A DNA stretch of 64,000 bases from Lingula anatina. Its lineage: Eukaryota; Animalia; Brachiopoda. The notes beneath the pieces were generated by a model that had not been told where the DNA came from, searched no databases, and saw only the letters and a program-made list of their open reading frames with translations. The position numbers and the translations under genes were made by a program. How positions within the stretch are numbered: the first letter of the stretch is position 1; the number at the start of each line of letters is the position of its first letter. Positions 49,854 through 61,041 of this stretch are shown here, piece after piece. The stretch spans positions 19,526,587-19,590,586 of the forward strand of contig CM120648.1 of the NCBI GenBank assembly GCA_051362555.1, in the 5' to 3' direction.

Positions 49854-49904
49854 CCGCTCCCCCTGATGACAGTGAATCACCTGCCTCTCCTAACAAAACA
49901 GCAG
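49854..49904 (+). CDS. Duplicate 51-nt exon (AAPPDDSESPASPNKTA)
   Basis: Near-identical copy of 48792-48842 with intact splice sites. Confidence 0.55.
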
Positions 49905-50715
49905 GTAAATAGTGCACATGTAAAAAGCAAGATTCTCGTGTATTGCTCAGAATGTTCGAGAGTTTTTCTTAGCTTGCTGATTAGGTATGTGAGTTTCTAC
50001 TTTCTTATTTTTATCAAACTGTCTGTGCAGTAAAATTGGCAATACCTTACAATTTTAATTAATTTTAATGAATGTTAAAACTTTCAGTGTTTATTACCCC
50101 GTTGTGTGTTGAACTAACCTACTTGTATTCATCAGAGAGGATACATTTTTAAGAATAGTGGTTTTCCCCCAAATTGCCAATAAACCTTCAGAAACAGACG
50201 AAAGCTTGTAATATATCTGATAACTGTTTCACAAAGTTAATTGACACTAAACACGTTGAAATTATGTGAATAATTACGATACTTTTTATGCTAAAAAGTT
50301 TTATTTTAACCACACTGTTTATTGTACAGTCCCTTTCAAAGGTGAAAGTGGATCTTATACCTCTAGGGAAGAAAACATGTAGTCTAGATGATTCGTGCAA
50401 AAATTTATTAATAGGTGGAAAAAAGCATGAAACTTGGCACAAATGTTTTTTTGACTATGCTGATTATTTTCAAGGGTAGTGCCCGAAATTTCAAATCATT
50501 GCTTAGCAACCATTGCTAAGAAAGTGGTTTACTTTAGTAACAAGCTAATTTGACCTTTCTTGTTCAGTTTAAATTATTTAAAAGGGTTTTAATTATGCTT
50601 CAAGCCATCAGAACTATCACTATACTATTTTAAGCCACCAAAAGCCCAAGTAAACCATTGCAACATTTGCTAGGCAGCATATTACCCTAACAACAAGTAT
50701 TTACCCTTACGAAAA

Positions 50716-50850
50716 TTTCCTATAGGATCCTATAGGATTCCTATAGGATCCTATAGGATCCTATAGGAAATCTTATAGGATCCTATAGGGCACATTTCCT
50801 ATAGGATTTCCTATAGGATCCTATAGGATCCTATAGGAAATTTTTGTAAG
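50716..50850. repeat. Subterminal palindromic CCTATAGG(A/AT) repeat array 1
   Basis: Direct inspection. Confidence 0.9.
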
Positions 50851-51526
50851 TTAAAATCTTGAGAAAAATGCATATCTTATAAACAAATATCAATCTAAAC
50901 AATAGATATTTGATATAGGTCAATTTTATCAGTTGAATTGGCAATTATATATCACTATTAAAGCAAAAATGCTTTTTATTGTTTATGATGTGCAGAGCTT
51001 ATAGTCTTCTATAGGATTCTATAGAAATTCTTAAATTTCTATTTTAAGATATCTTTAAAAAAATGATCATTTGTAAAGTAATCTAATATTTTTCATGAAG
51101 AATGTTTTTTTTTACCAAATCATTGAAGCTAGATTTTTTTAGATATTATGATCAGAGAATTACAGAAATTCCTATAAGATCCGATAGGGATTCTTATAGG
51201 CATTTCTATAGGAAATTCTATGATAATTCATATAGGGAATTTTTATAAGGTTTGAATGAAAAATAATGAATCTGGTCTAAACATCTGCTTAATTAAACCT
51301 TGAAATAATAAAATATTTCATTACAGTTCAAGATTAAATAGAAAATGTCATCAATGTCATGAGTTTTCAGATTATTCATGTCTCAGTTATATCTGGACTA
51401 CTTACCTTCTACTATATTCTTTGAAGTAACAAGCAATCTTTGAATAGGAATATTTTATCATTTGAAATGTTATTTGTACAGGATCAATGAAGCTGAAAAA
51501 ATGTTTTGCTCTTATAATATCATTTA

Positions 51527-51726
51527 AGAAATCTTATAGGATCCTATAGGAAATCTTATAGGATCCTATAGGAAATCCTATAGGATCCTATAGGAAATCT
51601 TATAGGATCCTATAGGAAATCCTATAGGATCCTATAGGAAATCCTATAGGATCCTATAGGAAATCTTATAGGATCCTATAGGAAATCTTATAGGATCCTA
51701 TAGAAAATCTTATAGGATTTCTTATA
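51527..51726. repeat. Subterminal repeat array 2 (GGATCCTATAGGAAATCYTATA, 22-bp period)
   Basis: Direct inspection. Confidence 0.9.
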
Positions 51727-52858
51727 CAATTTCATATGAACAAGTTGTGGCTTAATTGGCTGGCTTTAATTATTTTAAAGGCATTGAAATCTTGCATGTA
51801 AGGGAGTGTTAGGAACACCTTGCTTGTTCACACTATATCCATTAGAACATCTTGAGGAAAATGTTTTCTTCAGAGATTTATTTACTCTACATACAAACAA
51901 CACCACAAAAATTATTTAAATGTTATTCCTGCATCATTATTAGTCCCTTTTTTATGAAAAGTAGTAAAATTGTTAAAAAGAGGCAGCCAAGCTGTAAAAT
52001 GTACAGAAAAAAAGAAGAAAATAACAAGACAGAACTGTACTGAAATGGGTTTATTTCCATTCCATAGTAATTTATAAAATATAAAATATTTTGGATATCT
52101 TGTTTATTTTGTTTATGAATAAATTGTTGTACAATTTACAACACATTATATAAAATTCCAATTTCAAAATGTTTTTCCAGCATCAGCAACTTACTTTTTT
52201 TGGTAAATAATATTTAATACTAATTTAACAGAAAATACCATTCAATTTCATAGGAAAACTACTAAGGTAACTAGAGTCCTTATTGTTTGTAAACAGCATG
52301 TGCTTCACTTTTATTTTTAAATAAAAATCCAAAAAGCAAGTATACTTTAATTCAATTTATTACATACATGAGTATAGACATGATTGTATACACTGGCCAG
52401 AAGTGAGGGTGATAGCAACATTCAGAAGAAATATTCCAATACAGTATACAACCATGATATATAAGACATTACATACAAATATCCAAACATACATAAGATA
52501 AATAATATGAAGAACATAACAAAAGACGTTGCAGACAAGAAATCACATATGAACTAATCCAATACAGAATACATATTAATAAAAATATTACATACAATGT
52601 AATATGCAGGTAGACTGCATATAATATTTATATAACAGGTACTGCAGGAGTCACCAAGACTAGACTATCGCATACATGTTTGCTCTCTCTGCAATAGTGC
52701 TTGAGCCGAAAATTCAATTGGTATCAGTTGTCACATTTGAGAGTGCAAAGAAAAGCATCAATTAGGTAACAATCTTGAAAGCCTAACCCCATTATATACA
52801 GATAAACATGCAAAACATAAAACAAATTGTTTCAAAACTTACTTATTTCATTTATCAA

Positions 52859-54889
52859 TTAGTTGTCATACAATCTACATGGCAACTCACAAAAATATAC
52901 TTTGCCTCTAATTTGCAATTTTATACACTTCTTTGTTATCTCACTTGGAAAAATGGCAACAATTTGGTTACATTCATACACCTCACAGAGAAAGTTTGAT
53001 TCAGCTCCAAGATCTACATCTTTGTACATACAGCTGTTAATACGCTTCCATATTTTGAGCAGAATGATGTTATAAGTGTCACACAGGCAATACTGAATTG
53101 CTTCAACTGTGCAAAGACAACGTGGCTTTACAGCATAAAGACCCAAAATTCTCCCATATGATCCATTTTCCAATTTGACATAGGAGTCATTGTGCTTCAA
53201 AGCACGGGTGTAATATTGGCTAGAAAATAACACATTGTTGTGGGTGAATTTATGATAGATGATGGCATTACGGTTTAAAATATCAAACTCTAACAGATTA
53301 ATGAGAGAAATTATCTCTGGCACAGTCAAAGTCATTGGTTTACCCTTACCCAAGCAGAAAAGACCATTGTCCAAAACCTTTCTTCTACTTGACAAAGAGA
53401 TACCATTTGTCAATTGGTGAAAAACGGCAAGAGCATCTACGTTTGCAGTGCTAAGACTATTTCTAGCCAGTATAGGCAGTTTTCTCATGAGATTGAAAGA
53501 GGAACATATTTGTTGAGGGACACTCTGCGTCCCTGAGAATAATTTCAACAGATCTCGGTTCTTGGATTCAAAGGTAAAAGCAGATGTTGCCCACAGTGGC
53601 CCACACATTTCCACACCACGTGCCAGGTGCACTAGCTGATGTACATTAAATGTACATGCAGCTATACCGTAAAGTTCCTCCATCTGGAGGACAAACTTTG
53701 ACAGACAAGCATCTGCTACGGCAACTGAAGTTGAAGTAATATTCTCCCCTAGTAGTGTAAATATACTAAATGTCAGCAGAAAAAAATGTTGCAGGTACCT
53801 GGTTGGCAATATTCCAGTGAAAACTACTAATCCATACAACAGTAAGGCCCTCCACTCAGATGCTTTCCAAAACTTTCTGTCTTGCAACGATCTTGGTGCT
53901 CGGCTGATTTCTGAGGGGGGGCTAATTGCTGCAAGCCTTAGGTCAATGTCGGCCTTCATGCGTCCTATATAATAGGGCTCTGTGTGGTTCGGTGAGTCCA
54001 TCCAGAGTGAAACCAACTGCTTGGTAACTCCCTGGCACACACTGTGCATGTACTCAGGTGTCATGCCATCTACAACATTAAAAGTTGGGAGTTGTTGTAT
54101 AATGGAGAGTCCTTTTACACCTTTAACTGCCTCATTTGTAGCTTCAGCTTCCAACGCATACTCTGCTTGTTTAGTGGCAGTCCGTAATGGTACCTCTCTG
54201 TAGAGATAGTTTCTTGTTGGAGGCCCCCTTTCCCTCAAAATGGTATCACCTTGGTGCTCGCACCAGTCGCATCCAAAATTGCCATTAAACTGTTTACAGT
54301 TTCTTATCATAGCCCGAGCAGGACTATCGGCACAACATATTAGCGTGAAAACTTTACGCTGGACACCTTCAAATTCGAATCCAATTTCCTCTAGCTCTGT
54401 GCACTCGTCAATGAATGGCCTTAAAAAAGTGTTCATGTTGCTGGGCTTACTGTTGCCAAACCACAATCCAGTGAGCAGAATGTTGTCGGCACGAAGATGG
54501 GGGGGCAGTTCATTCACGAAGCACTGTATTGGCCAAATCTGATATCCCGAAGACTTGAAAATTGGGATTCCGTCAGTGTTCCAAGTTAATGTTAAGTCAT
54601 TTCCAGACAAATTATGATTCCTGATGAGATCTTTATATAGTGAAGAAGTTGTGATGTCTGTTATACAATTAGCTGCCAACAATTCATCTACATGACGATC
54701 TGTTAAGTGGGGAAAGAGCTTTGCATTGTTTAAAATGTCTACTAGCTGCTCCTTAATGGGAATATACAAGAAAAAGGTCCCGTCTTTAATGGCTTGTTCA
54801 TTATCACATTCTGCTCCACATGACTGACAGGTCTGTCTCATATTTTCTCTTCCTAAGTAGGATGTACACAAGGGGCAATAAAAGTGAAC
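52859..54889 (-). CDS. EnSpm/CACTA-type transposase, last exon (676 aa: VHFYCPLC...WNTDGIP...ADSPARA...CDWC...EYMHSV...KASEW...FNVHQLVHL...GPLWATSAFTFES)
   Basis: Hallmark motifs of TnpD/Transposase_21-like animal EnSpm transposases. TAG acceptor at 54891-54890, no stops. Confidence 0.92.
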   Translation of the reverse strand, partial: VHFYCPLCTSYLGRENMRQTCQSCGAECDNEQAIKDGTFFLYIPIKEQLVDILNNAKLFPHLTDRHVDELLAANCITDITTSSLYKDLIRNHNLSGNDLTLTWNTDGIPIFKSSGYQIWPIQCFVNELPPHLRADNILLTGLWFGNSKPSNMNTFLRPFIDECTELEEIGFEFEGVQRKVFTLICCADSPARAMIRNCKQFNGNFGCDWCEHQGDTILRERGPPTRNYLYREVPLRTATKQAEYALEAEATNEAVKGVKGLSIIQQLPTFNVVDGMTPEYMHSVCQGVTKQLVSLWMDSPNHTEPYYIGRMKADIDLRLAAISPPSEISRAPRSLQDRKFWKASEWRALLLYGLVVFTGILPTRYLQHFFLLTFSIFTLLGENITSTSVAVADACLSKFVLQMEELYGIAACTFNVHQLVHLARGVEMCGPLWATSAFTFESKNRDLLKLFSGTQSVPQQICSSFNLMRKLPILARNSLSTANVDALAVFHQLTNGISLSSRRKVLDNGLFCLGKGKPMTLTVPEIISLINLLEFDILNRNAIIYHKFTHNNVLFSSQYYTRALKHNDSYVKLENGSYGRILGLYAVKPRCLCTVEAIQYCLCDTYNIILLKIWKRINSCMYKDVDLGAESNFLCEVYECNQIVAIFPSEITKKCIKLQIRGKVYFCELPCRLYDN

Positions 54890-55376
54890 CTAAAAATCAA
54901 AATGTAAACATATGAATTTCAATACAATGGAGTGAACTTAAGCTGCAATAAATTAGTACAGTAAATAATGTTCTTGGAGTTTATTTGCCATTACTTTTGA
55001 ATAGATGCCATCACTATTTACAATACCTGCCTTGGAACTGCACCTCTAAATTTCCTAAGTATACCGTTCATGAAACCTAAAGATCTATCAAGCCACTTTA
55101 AAGTTCAATATTTGCAATTCAGATCTAGTCATACTGCAACAGTCTGTGCATGGTGATTCCTGGACGGTTATTAAATTTCAAGAATTTCATTTTACTATTT
55201 TTTTCTAAATGAATGTCTGCTGCAGAAAGTATACCACTCCCCAGCAGACCCCTTAGGTTGAAAATCTTAAAAGTTCAAATCGAGAGTCATCTAAACAATA
55301 ATGAATTTAGAAACAAATCCAAAAAAAAGGTATAGCCTTTAAATAATTATATATTACAAATTATACTCTAAAATAC

Positions 55377-55592
55377 CTGGGTCTCTCCATTCTCAAATGC
55401 TTTGTGGAACTTGTATTTTGTATCTGGAAAAGCGTTGGGCAGCAATACTCCCAGGATGCTCAACAAGTCACTCAATGCCACATCTGTCAGATGATGCCGA
55501 AGTAAGAATGCAAGAATCAACAACAAACCCTGGGCTTTGCTCACTGTAGCACCTGTGTATAATGGGTCATTTCCATCCTCAATGTTCCATCC
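55377..55592 (-). CDS. Transposase exon 6 (GWNIEDGNDPLYTGATVS...LRHHLTDVALSDLLSIL...)
   Basis: PLYxGA and RHxLTxxALxDLL motifs; phase 0-0. Confidence 0.85.
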
Positions 55593-56170
55593 CTTAGAAA
55601 TACATTAATGATAAATAATGAATTCACACCAATTATACAGTCAAATGCACATTTGGGGAGTATATATACAAAACGGAAAGTTTGTAATCAATATTAATTT
55701 ACAAATAACATTTTCTCCTGTCAAACACCTCTTAAGAATGCTTTCATGTGCCATGCTATGTTCGAATCACCATAAATTGTTCTTGCAACACTGAAATATA
55801 TAGCTTCACATCTATAAAATGTCATTTCAAACAAATCAAAGAAAAAATTTATGAGTAACTCTCTCCCCTGCAGAGAATGGGTGTTACAAGGGTGAGTATC
55901 TGTACTTTTAGTATGATACCAATATATATGTCCATAAAGTATTTAAGTCACCTGAAAGAGTCTTAACTTAACATTTGTGGCCCAATACAAGTGACCTGAA
56001 CGTATCTTAAATGAGTATATAGGCATTAGTACATTTGCCATACAAGATAAATGCAAAACATCATGATTCAACTTCTTGTCTCTTGGTAATGCTGAAGTTA
56101 ATATCTATAGATCTAAAGAGTTGTTAATAATATAACACTGTTACTTGCCACAAACTAACACATATCTTAC

Positions 56171-56242
56171 CCCCTGGTCATCTTTCTCGTCCTGCACTAT
56201 ATCTTCATTTTCGTCATTTCTGCTCTCTTCAGAAAATGCAGT
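56171..56242 (-). CDS. Transposase exon 5 (TAFSEESRNDENEDIVQDEKDDQG)
   Basis: CAG acceptor, GTAAGA donor, 72 nt, acidic. Confidence 0.65.
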
Positions 56243-56786
56243 CTGCAAATATCATTTATTCAATTTTATAATATGCAAAAGACTACAGATGAGAAGGGCC
56301 AATTGAATAAGTAATTAATCGATCTCCTTAAGTCAAACTTGAAAAACTGTTGGGAATAATGTGCAACATGTACTCCTTAATTTGACTCTCATATAATTTT
56401 TCCCATTCAAATGCCATATGCACATATCCAAAAAATTTTCTTAATCAGTCATCAACAAGTAAACAGATTACCAGTATGCCATTTTGCTTTTAATACATAT
56501 GATTAATTATAGTTATTCCCATGTTACTTGTGTGCAGATTTGTGGAAAACTATATTCCTCACCTAAAAAAACATTGGCTTTCAAAAAAAAAAAAAAAAAA
56601 AAAAAAACAGCCTAATTTTACATCCCACTTTCCTGATAACATAGCAGCCGAAAACATATTTGGCACATACTTTTTTGTGTATAATTCCTGTCTCAAGGGA
56701 CATATTTGGTATGGCAGAGCTATTGTCTATCTTCAACTTTACAGTTTGACAATGACAAGAGCATAAAATTAGATTGTAAATCATAC

Positions 56787-56873
56787 CTGATCATCATCAT
56801 TTTCAGTTTCTTCATTTCCTGCTAACAAGCAAGCATCTGACCCCTCTGCAAAGTTGACTTCATACGCCAAAGC
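56787..56873 (-). CDS. Transposase exon 4 (ALAYEVNFAEGSDACLLAGNEETENDDDQ)
   Basis: CAG acceptor, GTATGA donor, 87 nt. Confidence 0.65.
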
Positions 56874-57247
56874 CTGTTGAAAATGGAGAGGGAAAATATT
56901 TCATTTAAACAAAGGAACTTACAGCCAAGAAATGCGCGCTTGCAATCTTGATTAATACAGTAGACCGATTTAAAAATTAGCCGAGTGAAATATACAACAA
57001 GCTGCATTAAAGATAGTCAGCTTAATGAAATCTAAGTAGCCTACCTGCTTCTGTCTAACATAAAAGAAAAAAAAAAAGACTACTTTGAAGTTCCAAATAA
57101 TTGTACTGTCTGAATGATCGTACTGTGTGGAAAAATCTTCTCAAATTAAAAGTTGTAAATTATCAAATCATTTTAAAATTATTAAAATATTAAAAATTTG
57201 TAAACTCAATTATCAAAGCACTTCTATATTTGAGTTCTCAAATTTAC

Positions 57248-57331
57248 CTGATCTATAATGGTACCTGGGATGATTTCATTCTCAAGACACAACAAACCAT
57301 CTGCTTCATATGCATGAACATCCGACAATAC
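57248..57331 (-). CDS. Transposase exon 3 (VLSDVHAYEADGLLCLENEIIPGTIIDQ)
   Basis: TAG acceptor, GTAAAT donor, 84 nt. Confidence 0.65.
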
Positions 57332-57559
57332 CTATAAATAAAATAATCAGAAATAATAAAATAATTTTTAAAAAATAGATTCAATTTAATATGATGATTG
57401 AAAAATCAGAATTTTGCCATCCAAATGCTTTTTTAAAAAAAGTTGTATGTTAAAGAATCCAAGTCAATTAAGTGTCCTACTGAGAGACTCATTATTTTCA
57501 CTACCTATTTAATTTCCTTTGGTTCTGCATTAGTCTGAATTATTAAAATTCACATTTAC

Positions 57560-57646
57560 CTGGTCGCCAGTGGTTACTGGGAGGATTTCATTCTCAGGGG
57601 AAACAAGTTCACTGACTTCATCTTCGTAAACATCATTCACCGGTAC
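57560..57646 (-). CDS. Transposase exon 2 (VPVNDVYEDEVSELVSPENEILPVTTGDQ)
   Basis: TAG acceptor, GTAAAT donor, 87 nt. Confidence 0.65.
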
Positions 57647-57820
57647 CTACAAGTAAACTATACTATGAACATGCATGCATCAAATCCTATAATACAACTA
57701 AATTTCTTTTAAAGAAGAATATCAAAATTCACCGGTACCTACAAGTAAACTATACTATGAACATGCATGCATCAAATCCTATAATACAACTAAATTTCTT
57801 TTAAAGAAGAATATCAAAAT
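57636..57820 (-). repeat. 92-bp duplication containing the exon-2 acceptor
   Basis: TTCACCGGTACCTACAAG at 57636 and 57728. Confidence 0.9.
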
Positions 57821-57894
57821 ACTTTTGTCAATGCTTATCAATTATTTCTCCTTGGTTATAAACAACTTCTGAATTATTGAAAGCAGTTATATTG

Positions 57895-57929
<35 letters not shown>

Positions 57930-58383
57930 AATGTTTAAAGCGATTAAGTAAAGCCATCATAATTACTTTTGGCTTCATATCGTTCACATTAATTTTAGGC
58001 TAGCCAGCGTCTCAAATGTAGAAATGGACAAAATGGAAACGAAAAGGAAACCCAATATCACTCGAAACTCGCTTCAAATTGTATATTAAATGATTTGCCA
58101 CCATTAAAAATGGTTGATTTATCTTGGCTGTGGTTTAAAGTTCTAATATTTAGGTTAAAAATACGATTATTGTTGAAAAATAAATTCTGGCGAGGGCGGC
58201 GCCATATTGATTCCGGTTTCTAAGATTTGGAAAAAAACGGAAAAATAAGATTGCAACGGCCAAGCAAAAGTCCACGAAGACTATATACACGTTTTCATCA
58301 CATGTCTGAATAGCGTTGACTTTATTTAGGTCGCTCAACTAGCCGTGCCTCGTGATATGATATTAAAACAAGCGTTAGCTCAC

Positions 58384-58497
58384 CTTTTCCGATCCAGATG
58401 TCCGATCCAAGAGAATCCTTCTCTTCATTCTCGTAACTGTTTTTCCTGGGATATCCGCCACACAGGCATACCGCTTATACGGGCGTCCTTTGTTCAT
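58384..58497 (-). CDS. Transposase exon 1 (MNKGRPYKRYACVADIPGKTVTRMKRRILLDRTSGSEK)
   Basis: ATG, basic RxYKRY...IPxxTxxR N-terminus as in such transposases, GTGAGC donor. Confidence 0.7.
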
Positions 58498-60851
58498 GTT
58501 ACTAGATCGTATTGCAGAAAATAATACAGACGGTCTTGCTGGTACTTGCGTACGTACTTTTTCAAATTTCGTCTTCAATGTACTCCACAAGATGGCGCCG
58601 ATCTCGTTTGTGAACGTGATTATTAGCACACAGCACACGTGCTGCCACCCTAGGACGTCATTAAACATAAAAAGTACAGTGATCGAAATCACGTGGTGTC
58701 ACAGTGCCTCGTTTCCCTTGATCTGCTTTGTAGGGTCATTTCCATATTTTGTTAAATTTCATCCAACATCACAAACAAGACACAAACAAAGAAAATAACT
58801 GACAATGTTCAGTGCGGGTGTAAATTAACATAGGTAAGGCAAACTGTCACATGTCACAGCCACGATGTATTTTCCCTCGGACCCCCCCCCCCTCCCCCGA
58901 AAAAACAGATTTTTCGAAATGTTAGCCGTCTTAAAAAATTAATGAATGCGTGATGTCATCACAGATTTAGCTATTTAGAAAAGTGATTTTTTCATTTTAA
59001 TCATTTTAATTATTTTATATTATTTATTGCTTTCTTTTTCTTGCTAAATACAACAACCACTTGGGCCGGGCCCCTCGATCGGCTTTCGGAGGGAGGAGCT
59101 ATATTATAGTGTCGCGTGGGATGACCTTAGAGGACAATCTGTTCGACTGGACAGTTTCCATGCTACTGTCGCTGACGTCAGAACATGCAATATGGTAGCA
59201 GAGTTCTGTCAATCATTAACTGAGGTAGCGCAAAATTGCTTAGAAGTCTTCAGAAAGTACAGAATCTCTCACAAAAACCAAGATTTCTGCTAACTGATGC
59301 TATGGCATCAGGTTGTTTACACCTTCCATTTACTAAGCGACCACGTTGATCAACGTATCGATAACAGGTTCTGTTAATATTGATAAATTGTCAGTTTTAC
59401 CTTTTGAAGTAGCCCTACCTTTACAAGCAGTCAATCAGATAGCAATCGGTGCTAACCGTAACTGCGTCACTGTTGTAGATTAAATCACCGATTAGCAAGG
59501 CTCGACGATCGCTTTATCGCTAGCTTGCTTGTCAAAAGAACTCATCTCCCGCCTGCGACAGATAACCACAAAAGAAGGCGTTTTTACACCTACCTTATCT
59601 AGAGCCTATCTTCAAATCTAAATCGACCCAGGTATTGAGTCAGTAACAAAAAGTGAGCTAACTAGCTAGTTGATGTCAGGTAAGCCGCGATTAACAATGC
59701 ATCCAAGACGCTTGACACCATCTAAATCTGTAATCAACCAATTGTCAGGAACCGTCTTTTCAGCTGTTCAAATAATTAATTTGCTATTTTTGCAGGTAAA
59801 CATGGTATTAGAGTCGTTATCCTACATTGCATTATTTCAGTTTCCTCAAATCGTAAATATAAATCACTAAAAATTCACACCTATACCTTACCAAAACGGC
59901 GGTTATCGCGATGATCTGTCAAAAAGAATCATATAGGCTATTTAACGGCCCTTTTTACATGTGCATTTTTACAATGGTTATCCCCACATTTAAAGCTATG
60001 CCCTGAACTTTATCTGAAAAAAAAGCTTTTTTCGTTATAATCATTTCATAACAGTGTATAGGCCCTATAACCATATAGACCGATTACCTAGGGAAAGCCG
60101 TTTTTGATCGTTTTTGGCCAAAATAAATGGTTGTTACATGTAGGCCTATCCTTTAAGGTTATTTGGCTAAGCAAAGAACTTAACTCATCTGCTTGATCGG
60201 TTGATTATACTCTAAGTTATTTTATACAACCAATAAATTACATATTTTTGTGGAATAAATATTTCGATCAGCACAGTCCTTTAGCTTAATTATTTATTTT
60301 CATTCATTTGCTAGCTTGGAAATATTTTAAATAATATTGCAACACAATAATTCACGGAAACAGAGCTAGGTCTTGACTGAAAGTTCCTTAGTTTTTATAA
60401 CCTTTCCTTTTCTTAGAAAAGACGGTGATAAAGATCTGAAAGGGGAGAGGGGGAGATAGTAGGCCTACAGACAGCCAGCGGTAGGTCGCACATAGCCTAC
60501 GCTGGGTGCCGGAAGGAAGGTTCACGAATACACTCGGAAACTACCGATGTGATGACGCCGGAAACATCCGAACGAATTCATTTGATATTAAACGGCATTT
60601 TTATGCATGTTTTTTACCTTTACATTCATAAGAAATGGATAATATATCTTTTAGCTTCTTTTATCGTTATTTTATGTCTAGTGTTTTGTTTTTTTACGAC
60701 ACCTGTACATTATGGAATTGAATACGGGATTGTCCGATGTTTGTCGAGTGGTCTCGTTTTGACATGTATTCAATTATAAATGAGGAGGTAGGTGCCGGCA
60801 GTAAGTATTCTGACTTAGGTTTTGAGTAAATCAACACGTACTTGTACAATA

Positions 60852-61041
60852 ATGATGTTTGCAATCTTCGAATTTACAAGTGACCTCAGCTGTGCAGTTG
60901 GTGAATGTAGGTGGATATGTGGAGAAGATGGTTTGGATCCGGAGGAATGGGATTTCGACAAAGAAGTTGTTGTAAGATGGCCTAGCAGTCGAAAAAACCA
61001 ACCAGGAGAATACCACGGGGCGAAGATAGTGAAATTTGGAG
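60852..61041 (+). CDS. Transposon accessory gene exon 1 (MMFAIFEFTSDLSCAVGECRWI...VVVRWP...AKIVKFG)
   Basis: MFxIxEF..AVxxxxWI..VxWP..AKIxxF pattern resembles N-termini of EnSpm second ORFs (often BEN/DUF4806; inference). GTACGT donor, phase 1. Confidence 0.7.

Noticed and set aside
50716-51726. Palindromic short repeats as CRISPR or cloning (BamHI) artefact
   Set aside because: No spacers, and degenerate copies in between show natural decay; best explained as transposon subterminal repeats.
59056-60155. Possible nested Kolobok-like MITE between the transposase and accessory gene
   Set aside because: A CCTTTAA right end is present but I could not find a matching left TIR/TSD.
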